Position numbers and translations under genes: made by a program
Assembly: GCA_943369355.1 (NCBI GenBank)
Contig: CALRMX020000004.1
Location: 347,654 to 379,653, forward strand
Direction of reading: 5' to 3'
Origin: Chitinophaga pinensis
GTDB lineage: Bacteria > Bacteroidota > Bacteroidia > UBA7662
DNA length: 32,000 nucleotides
Shown here: positions 13,898-20,700 of the stretch, one piece after another
How the letters are laid out: each line of letters begins with the position of its first letter
Position numbering within the stretch: position 1 is the first letter of the stretch
Notes under the pieces: model-generated
Databases searched by the model: none
Seen by the model: the letters and a program-made list of their open reading frames with translations, nothing else
What the model was told of the DNA's origin: nothing

Positions 13898-15673
13898 GTG
13901 ACCCACCGAATATTGTATCGGCTGCTGCTAATTATGCTCTTAGCAGGGTTAGATGCAAGTGCCCAAATAGATTTCGATGGCATGTTGGCTGCTCCAGCCG
14001 ACAGTCCACCTCGCGACCGCATGCTGGAACAGCGTATCGCCAACAGAATTGCAGAATATTACAGCCGAGATTTGTTTTTGGTACATGCCTGGGCCGATCC
14101 CGAAGAAGCCCGAGAGCTCAATGAGCGGAATATGGTTTTGCCCGGCATGCCGCTGCAACTCACCGACGACAACCTCCCCATCGAACCCGATGCGGCCAGA
14201 GGACCTCGCACGCTGCTCCTCTACCTCGATACCAGCTTTACCCCAAGTGACGTACGCTTTGTAGAGGTTTTGTTGCGGGGCATCGACAGTTGGGACCAAA
14301 GCCGTGGCGATAAAGTAGAACTTATCCCCATCGTTTTCCCGCGTAAAAAAGACTGGACCGACTGGCTCAAAGAATTGCCCAAAAGCGTAGCTACACCTCA
14401 GCCCGCACCACAACAGCCCAATTACCCGGTTTATTTACCATCCCCCGAAAAAGAAGATCCAGCCCCAGCGCCAATACCGGCCGAAACCATACCCATTTGG
14501 CAATGGGCTGTACTTATTGGTGGTTTAATTGTCCTCATAGGCATTTTTGTGTTGCTTGGCATGTGGATTCAAAAACGATCAACTCAAGAGCTCATTCGTT
14601 TGGCAACCCAGCCGCAACAACGCCCTGAGGTGTTTAGTCTGCATCCTGAACCTAAAACCGACACTGTAAGTACAGCTGAGCCGGTGGTAGTAAACACTTC
14701 GGGATGGGAACCCCATGCGGCACGCGACTTTGTGATTAGTCAAACCATTGGCGAGCCTGCACGTACGGCTAAAATATTAGAAGGCTGGTCGCGACAAGGC
14801 GAAGAAGGCCTCAAACGTGCCGCTGCATCGTTGGCAGCCAGTAACGACCAATTGCTGTTGCTCATGCGGGGCAAAATGGATGCAACCGCCGAAACCGCCA
14901 TTTCTCAAGAGCTTCAACCGCTACGCACGCAGCAAAAAGAACAGTTTGCTGATGCCCTCATTGCATTGGCCAACGCATTGTCGTACCAAGGTCGCGACTT
15001 GGAGCCGGTGAACCATTTTGGATTTTTATCGCAGCTCGACGATCAGTCGCTCATGCATTTATTCAAAGAGGAGGCACCACGTTTGGTAGCGCTTCTCATT
15101 GCACAGTTGCCCACCGACCAGGCCAAACGTTTACTCCGCCAATTCGATGCACCTACACGTTCGCAGGTATTGGTGAATTTGGGCAGTATCAGTCAACTGC
15201 CGTTGAGTCTGTACCAAGAAATAGGTCAGCATTTCGCTCGCAAGGCGATGGAGGTTAAGCGTTTGCAAGGTCTTCCGTTTGATGGCCAACAGGTGCTTGT
15301 ACAATTGCTCGAAAATTTCGACGAAGACGAGCAGAACAACATCATCGAACACATGGCCATTAGCGACCCACAGCAGGCCGAAACCACCAACAAACGCCTC
15401 GTTCGTTTCAGCAGATTGCGCGACTACCCAGCCAATGTATTGCAAAAGGCTTGGCTCGAAGTGGATACAGAATTGATGGTACAAGCATTGGCCGGACTCG
15501 ACAAACAAATTGCTCGTCATGTATTGAGCACCCGCGCCAAACGCGAACGCGACCTCATATTATCAGAGCTGGAAAACGAAGCAGACATATCGCCCGCACT
15601 CACCAGCAAGGCAAGGAAACACATGCTCACGCTCCTGAAAAACTACTTAAAAGAACAACAATGGTCCGCCTGA
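13898..15673 (+). CDS. Membrane-anchored FliG-like protein: N-terminal hydrophobic segment, periplasmic RBM-like domain with a FliF-type RGD end, Pro-rich linker, TM, then cytoplasmic FliG-like domains
   Basis: The start is GTG 13898 or TTG 13913. The TM is aa 200-224 (IWQWAVLIGGLIVLIGIFVLLGMWI). Aa 372-588 are collinear with FliG_M and FliG_C as I remember them: HFGFLSQLDDQSLMHLFKEEAPRLVALLIAQLPTDQAKRLL...RSQVLVNLGSI, then LVRFSRLRDYPANVLQKAWLEVDTELMVQALAGLDKQIARHVLSTRAKRERDLILSELE. Aa 103-148 (PRTLLLYLD...QSRGDKVELIPIVF) resemble the FliF segment just before its second TM. Confidence 0.65.
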   Translation: MTHRILYRLLLIMLLAGLDASAQIDFDGMLAAPADSPPRDRMLEQRIANRIAEYYSRDLFLVHAWADPEEARELNERNMVLPGMPLQLTDDNLPIEPDAARGPRTLLLYLDTSFTPSDVRFVEVLLRGIDSWDQSRGDKVELIPIVFPRKKDWTDWLKELPKSVATPQPAPQQPNYPVYLPSPEKEDPAPAPIPAETIPIWQWAVLIGGLIVLIGIFVLLGMWIQKRSTQELIRLATQPQQRPEVFSLHPEPKTDTVSTAEPVVVNTSGWEPHAARDFVISQTIGEPARTAKILEGWSRQGEEGLKRAAASLAASNDQLLLLMRGKMDATAETAISQELQPLRTQQKEQFADALIALANALSYQGRDLEPVNHFGFLSQLDDQSLMHLFKEEAPRLVALLIAQLPTDQAKRLLRQFDAPTRSQVLVNLGSISQLPLSLYQEIGQHFARKAMEVKRLQGLPFDGQQVLVQLLENFDEDEQNNIIEHMAISDPQQAETTNKRLVRFSRLRDYPANVLQKAWLEVDTELMVQALAGLDKQIARHVLSTRAKRERDLILSELENEADISPALTSKARKHMLTLLKNYLKEQQWSA

Positions 15674-16716
15674 TTTTCGCTCTAAGCCTTTGTTTGTTGT
15701 CGTGGGAGGTACTGGCTCAAGATACTCCACGTCCTTCCGATGCCCAGGTATTGCGCATACGTTCTGTTGAGCGCATCATCAGTCAGCTACGTGAAAGCCT
15801 CCCCACCTATTCCGAAGATTGTCAGCGTATCGCCTTGATGATGCCCGATTTTAAGGAGAAGAACGTAAGCGCTGAAGAGGCCATGCTCATTCGTAATCAG
15901 CTTGCCCAGCAAGTTCAAAAAACGGCTTTTACGGTGGTAGACGTTCCCGAATTCCACGAATATCGACTTACACGGGTTTTTAGTTCCGATAGCGGCTTGC
16001 TGTATCAGCGGAATTCCCCCACACGCTTACTGCGAACCAACTCAGAAGCAACCGAACTGCTGGTAAAAAAGCACAAACTCGACGGCATCATTTACACGCA
16101 AATCACCTATGATTCACTCATTGGGCATACCGTTAGCATGCAATTGGTGCAGCAACGTTCGCGCGAGATAATTTGGAACCGCACCTTCCACGCCAATATA
16201 GGCATGGTCAGAGCACGAGAAAGCCAACATCTCGTTGCCTTGGGAATGGGCATGAATAGCGTGCGCTTCGTGAATGGTCTAGGAGGATACCGCGTAGCAC
16301 TTCCCAGTGTACATATCCGATGGATGTGGCGCCAACCCGTCAATGAGGCCCGTACGGTGAACTTGTTTACACTCACCCAGTTCAGCATGTACCAAGCAAA
16401 CTTTAAAGCCAACGACAGCTTGAGCTTTAATTTTTGGCGCCCTGTTCCTGAACTTGGGCTCGGATATTCACTTTCCTTTTTGAATAAAAAGAATAGTAGT
16501 GATTATTGGTTCGAGGGATATCAATCGTTTACACTACATTTTTTCAACCGTATGCGAACTAGCATCAACCAGGGTTTGTCGTTCAATTTTACGCGAAATC
16601 TGGTAGTGATGGGCGAAGTAAGCTTCATAACGGGCGCGCCTGAGTTGCACAACTATAACAATGTGGTCACTTTAAATCAGTTTCAGTATGCAGTACGGCT
16701 CAACTACCGTTTTTAA
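15661..16716 (+). CDS. Outer-membrane protein: signal peptide, periplasmic alpha/beta domain (TolB-N/CsgG/LpoB-like pattern), and a C-terminal beta-barrel ending in Phe
   Basis: ORF 15451..16716; ATG 15661 gives MVRLIFALSLCLLSWEVLAQ and overlaps the upstream stop by 13 nt. The C-terminus is ...QFQYAVRLNYRF, with an aromatic terminal residue. The N-domain pattern is RIALMMPDF...LIRNQLAQQVQKTAFTVVD...KLDGIIYTQITYD...VSMQLVQQRSREIIWNRTF. Confidence 0.6.
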   Translation: MVRLIFALSLCLLSWEVLAQDTPRPSDAQVLRIRSVERIISQLRESLPTYSEDCQRIALMMPDFKEKNVSAEEAMLIRNQLAQQVQKTAFTVVDVPEFHEYRLTRVFSSDSGLLYQRNSPTRLLRTNSEATELLVKKHKLDGIIYTQITYDSLIGHTVSMQLVQQRSREIIWNRTFHANIGMVRARESQHLVALGMGMNSVRFVNGLGGYRVALPSVHIRWMWRQPVNEARTVNLFTLTQFSMYQANFKANDSLSFNFWRPVPELGLGYSLSFLNKKNSSDYWFEGYQSFTLHFFNRMRTSINQGLSFNFTRNLVVMGEVSFITGAPELHNYNNVVTLNQFQYAVRLNYRF

Positions 16717-16720
16717 GTTG

Positions 16721-17242
16721 ATGCTGCTGCTGCTACTAGCAGCCGCATGTGCCAAAAAGTCTACGCCCGAGGCCGAAGTCGCTCCCGTTCGTCGTACTGT
16801 GGTACAGAAAAAAGGACCTGAACCTTTACGGATAAAATACTCGAACCAAACCACCCAAATGGATCTTGCCTTGGAAATGGAAGATGAGGTGATTGTGGAA
16901 ATGCGCGGCATTCGGCTAGATTCAACACAACTCGTTGCTGACAGCACCGTTCTCGCAAATCAGCAGCAGGAACAACAAGAACGTCAGCTTTTGAGTGTGC
17001 AACGCGCGCTCAAAAATTACCGCATGGCGCAGGAGGCCTTACTCCGCAAACAATACGACAAAGCCATGCTATATATCGATGCTTGTTTGCTTGAAGGCGA
17101 AACCGCTGAAGCTTTGGCTTTTAAGGGGTCGGTTTTTTACCTGCAAGGCAATAAAGTGGAGGCCAAAAAATTGTGGCAGAAGGCTAGGCAACTCGACCCT
17201 GATATGCCCGATGATGTGTATTACGAAACCCGAAAAAACTGA
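16721..17242 (+). CDS. TPR-containing lipoprotein
   Basis: ORF 16688..17242; ATG 16721 gives MLLLLLAAAC, a lipobox L-A-A-C. The C-terminal TPR pair is YDKAMLYIDACLLEGETAEALAFKGSVFYLQGNKVEAKKLWQKARQLDP. Its stop overlaps the next start (TGATG, 17240-17244). Confidence 0.7.
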   Translation: MLLLLLAAACAKKSTPEAEVAPVRRTVVQKKGPEPLRIKYSNQTTQMDLALEMEDEVIVEMRGIRLDSTQLVADSTVLANQQQEQQERQLLSVQRALKNYRMAQEALLRKQYDKAMLYIDACLLEGETAEALAFKGSVFYLQGNKVEAKKLWQKARQLDPDMPDDVYYETRKN

Positions 17243-18072
17243 TGCGCTTCTCCATTTATACAACCGTTGCTGCACTTCTCTCCTTTGTATTGGTGATTCT
17301 AGGTGCACTCGATACGGGTGAGGTAATCGACATTGATGGATATTTACCGGCCACATTGAGTGGAATGACCTATTTAAACATTCCAAGCTTATTCATTGTA
17401 TTGGGTGGCGTACTCACGGGTACTTTTGTGATGTTTCCATTCCATTCGGTATTGAACACGCTTGGCGCCGTGCGGTATTTATTTAGTCACAGCAATACCA
17501 AACGTTCGGTGATGTACGATGCTACCAACAGTTTGCTTGAAGTTACCGCTGCCTACAAAAAAGATAAATCCAGCTTCCGCGATAAGTTGCGTACTACTTT
17601 CAACGACCCCTACGTGCTTACCTTGGAAGAATTGCTCGAGACCAACTACCCGGCAGAAGAAATGCGGAAATTGGGAGAATCGCGCATAGAAAATAGTTTT
17701 TCAACGAATACCACGCAGGCCGACATATTATCGTCGATGGCTACTTCGGCACCAGCATTTGGCATGCTGGGAACCATCTTAGGCCTCATCGCCATGCTTC
17801 GCAATCTCGAAGATCCCTCAGCTGTAGGTCCTTCGTTGGCTGTAGCCCTAATTACTACTTTGTATGGCGTTATCTTCGCCAACCTTGTATTTCTTCCTCT
17901 TTCAAAAAAAATAAGGGCACATGCCATGCACAATTTCGAATGGCAAACCATTGTCCTCGAAGCCTTTATCATGTTGCGCGAAAATCGGTCGGGTATGTAT
18001 ATGAAAGACCGTCTTTTTGCCCTCATCGATCATCAGCAAATAGCAGAACCCGAAGAAAAAGCGGCAAAATAG
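17242..18072 (+). CDS. MotA/PomA-type stator channel protein (MotA/TolQ/ExbB superfamily, 4-TM MotA architecture)
   Basis: Two N-terminal TMs, a cytoplasmic loop of about 100 aa, then SAPAFGMLGTILGLIAMLRNLEDPSAVGPSLAVALITTLYGVIFANLVFLPL (TM3/TM4 with both conserved prolines), and a MotA-like C-terminal tail of about 55 aa. Confidence 0.85.
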   Translation: MRFSIYTTVAALLSFVLVILGALDTGEVIDIDGYLPATLSGMTYLNIPSLFIVLGGVLTGTFVMFPFHSVLNTLGAVRYLFSHSNTKRSVMYDATNSLLEVTAAYKKDKSSFRDKLRTTFNDPYVLTLEELLETNYPAEEMRKLGESRIENSFSTNTTQADILSSMATSAPAFGMLGTILGLIAMLRNLEDPSAVGPSLAVALITTLYGVIFANLVFLPLSKKIRAHAMHNFEWQTIVLEAFIMLRENRSGMYMKDRLFALIDHQQIAEPEEKAAK

Positions 18073-18081
18073 CAGAGGATC

Positions 18082-18735
18082 ATGCGGATTTTGAAGCCCC
18101 AGAACGAAGATGAACAGAACTGGTTGATTACCTACAGCGACCTGATTACCCTCGTTCTTTGCTTTTTTGTGATGCTGTACACCACTGCTGAAGTAAAAGT
18201 GAGTGTTTGGGACGAGCTAAAGGCTGGGTTTAATGCCGAAATGAAAAAGCAGCAGCGTCCGAAAGATTACCTCAAGCAAGCGGTAAGAGAGCTGGACAGC
18301 TTACGCAGAACCTTACCCGATTCAGATGCCTTTGTGCTTCAGTTAAACAAAGAGGGTTTGGAGATTAACTTCGTCAGTAAACTCCTTTTCCCAAGTGCCG
18401 AAGCACAACTGTTACCCGAAGGTGAACAGGTACTGCGTCAGGTGGCCGGGCTCCTTGGACGTCTCAACGACCGTCCATACGAGTACGAAGTTCAGGGCCA
18501 TACCGACGATCTGCCCATCAATACGCCCATATTTCCATCGAATTGGGAGTTAAGCTCAGCACGAGCAACTACGGTGGTTCGCGCTTTGATTGCCTCAGGT
18601 TTAGATCCAGAAAAATGCCGTGCTTCGGGTTTTGCCGAAACCCGCCCTGAATTGCCCAATCGCGACCCTAAAGGCGTGGCAATACCCGAAAATCAAGCCG
18701 CCAACCGCAGAGTGGTCGTTTTGGTGCGTCGCTAA
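18082..18735 (+). CDS. MotB-type stator protein with an OmpA-like peptidoglycan-binding domain
   Basis: The N-terminal NWLITYSDLITLVLCFFVMLY is the MotB TM signature, with the Asp at codon 20 (18139-18141). The C-terminal segment is GHTDDLPI...SNWELSSARATTVVRAL...NRRVVVLV. Confidence 0.85.
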   Translation: MRILKPQNEDEQNWLITYSDLITLVLCFFVMLYTTAEVKVSVWDELKAGFNAEMKKQQRPKDYLKQAVRELDSLRRTLPDSDAFVLQLNKEGLEINFVSKLLFPSAEAQLLPEGEQVLRQVAGLLGRLNDRPYEYEVQGHTDDLPINTPIFPSNWELSSARATTVVRALIASGLDPEKCRASGFAETRPELPNRDPKGVAIPENQAANRRVVVLVRR

Positions 18736-18742
18736 ACATTAT

Positions 18743-19828
18743 TTACCGATCCGAAAACTTGCGCATCAACAGCTCCATCGGTCCGTGTTTGAAGCTTTTT
18801 AGCCAATAGTAGCTAATCAAACAACTTGCTGCAAAATATACCGAAGCGAACAGAAGTATGATTTGGGGCTGCACATAGTGCATTTTATCTGTTCGGAAGC
18901 CCAAGTCGCTATCGGTGAGGAACGCAAGCAGCGGTAATCCCAAAAGAATGTGCGATAAATAGTGCGTTAGCGTCATCTGGCCAGTTGAGGTGAACAGCTG
19001 AACCCAACGATATTGGTTCACATACCCACTAATTTGGAGAAATAAAGTAATGAGCATCAATCCTGAGCCCATGGTACTGAGTATAAACGGAAGAAATGGA
19101 GGCAAGTAATCGGCCGAGAAAAACAGCTTCATCTCATTGCTTAAGGGTACTGAAGCCGACCAGATTTGAATTCCCCAAGTGATAGAATACAAGAAAAAAC
19201 CAATACTAAATATGCGTAACCGCAAACGAAAAGAGTTTAAATCTAATCTTCCAAGATACATGCCTACCATGAAGTAGGCTAGCCATGGAAAGATTGGGTT
19301 CCAGCCATTGTAGAACGTATTCCGTACAAAACCCTTCAAGGTCCAGAAGTCGAGGTATTGTAAAGTTTCAAAATCCCAACCCGTTTCGAAAGGCAAGACC
19401 AAGGTCAATAAATGAAATACTAATATTGCTACACTAGCTGTAAATAAGTAGTAACGTTTATTCACGAATAAAAGCAACATGCCGATGTGCATATAACCTC
19501 CATAAAAATGAAGAATATCGGCAGGCCACCAGTTATACAAAAGCAAACCCAAACAAAACAAAAACAAAGCTCTTTTATTCACTACCCCCACTAATTGTTT
19601 GCGTTCCTCAAAGGTATAAGTAGCTCGATTACTCATGAGTGCGATACCCATGCCAGCTAGTAAAACGAAAACCGTACTTGAATTGCCACTAAAAGCAGCT
19701 AAGGTTTTGGCCCAAAACGATTGATCGTGGTAATTCCCAAATACTACATTGAAGTTGACGATAAACATGCCGAAAATGGCATAGGCTCGGGCTAAATCGA
19801 ATCCGGCAACTCTGGACTTTGAATGCAT
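18743..19828 (-). CDS. DUF418/YeiB-like multi-pass membrane protein
   Basis: The N-terminal RVAGFDLARAYAIFGMFIVNF is typical of the family, with about 9-10 hydrophobic spans. Confidence 0.7.
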   Translation of the reverse strand: MHSKSRVAGFDLARAYAIFGMFIVNFNVVFGNYHDQSFWAKTLAAFSGNSSTVFVLLAGMGIALMSNRATYTFEERKQLVGVVNKRALFLFCLGLLLYNWWPADILHFYGGYMHIGMLLLFVNKRYYLFTASVAILVFHLLTLVLPFETGWDFETLQYLDFWTLKGFVRNTFYNGWNPIFPWLAYFMVGMYLGRLDLNSFRLRLRIFSIGFFLYSITWGIQIWSASVPLSNEMKLFFSADYLPPFLPFILSTMGSGLMLITLFLQISGYVNQYRWVQLFTSTGQMTLTHYLSHILLGLPLLAFLTDSDLGFRTDKMHYVQPQIILLFASVYFAASCLISYYWLKSFKHGPMELLMRKFSDR

Positions 19829-19896
19829 AAAAATTACTTTTAATGCACCAAAAATCTCCGTTGGTGTGACAGAAACCTTTGACCTAAATCAAATAA

Positions 19897-20475
19897 TCAT
19901 AGCCTAGCCCGAATTCGACTGAGCGTTTCAAGAGTTACACCCAAATAGGAGGCAATATGCGTGAGCGAAACTTGCTGCACGATATGCGGGTGGCTTCTGA
20001 CCAATTGTTTGTAACGGTCTTCTGCATTCAAAGTGCGCAGTTCAAGTAATCGGCTTTCAAGCCAAAGCGCGTGATATTCGGTCAATAACAAGTCCAAAAC
20101 CACCAATTTGGGGTATTTATTCTTTAGCAACTGAAAACCGTGGTAATCTAACTGAGCAACCACAACCTCGGTAACTGCTTGGATGTACTCCTTCGATGGT
20201 TCTTGAAGGGTGTAAGCAACAAACGAAATCGCCAAATCGCCCGGGAACAACAAGCCTGTTGTTACTTCTTTTCCATCGTTCAGGTAATATTTACGTACAA
20301 TTCCCGCCTCGATATCGAAGCTGCATCTTCCCTGCTCATCTTGCTTTAAAAGATATTCACCTTTTCGATACGTCTTTCTAACAGCAAGTTTTTGGAGTTC
20401 CTCTCGGGTTTCAGCATCGAGCGACTGGAAGTACTCTTCTATCTTTTTGAGTTGTTGTTGCATGGTATTATGCAA
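19897..20475 (-). CDS. Crp/Fnr-family transcriptional regulator
   Basis: A cNMP-binding-like beta-roll at the N-terminus and a C-terminal HTH, LTHIASYLGVTLETLSRIRARL. Confidence 0.85.
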   Translation of the reverse strand: MHNTMQQQLKKIEEYFQSLDAETREELQKLAVRKTYRKGEYLLKQDEQGRCSFDIEAGIVRKYYLNDGKEVTTGLLFPGDLAISFVAYTLQEPSKEYIQAVTEVVVAQLDYHGFQLLKNKYPKLVVLDLLLTEYHALWLESRLLELRTLNAEDRYKQLVRSHPHIVQQVSLTHIASYLGVTLETLSRIRARL

Positions 20476-20700
20476 CTAAGGTGATTTGCATTACCGAAGG
20501 TACCGAAAAGCACATAGCGAAACTCAAAACAAAAGCCGATTAAATTCACAAACCACTTTCGCAGCGTATTTGTACTGTACCACGGGCGTAAACATAGCTG
20601 TGACAGCGTCCTACCTTGGTACTTTTTATAGAAAACGATGCTTAACCATCCTCATTCAAGAGTTCAGCAAAACGTGTCTTTATCCTAACCGTATAAGAAG

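Noticed and set aside
15451-15660. N-terminal 70-codon extension of ORF 15451..16716
   Set aside because: It overlaps the end of the FliG-like gene in another frame and encodes a basic, low-complexity peptide. ATG 15661 gives a proper signal peptide.
13898-18735. Alternative identities for the MotAB cluster: a Zorya anti-phage system, Tol-Pal/ExbBD-TonB, or a fragment of a flagellar operon
   Set aside because: - **Zorya:** ZorA carries a very long C-terminal tail and comes with ZorC/D-type genes. Here MotA is 276 aa and the partners differ.
- **Tol/Exb:** TolR and ExbD lack the OmpA-like domain, and TolQ/ExbB are 3-TM proteins.
- **Flagellar operon:** I see no FliM/N, FlhA/B, FliI or rod/hook genes in 32 kb.
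- **Caveat:** a flagellar regulon elsewhere in the genome cannot be excluded from this window.
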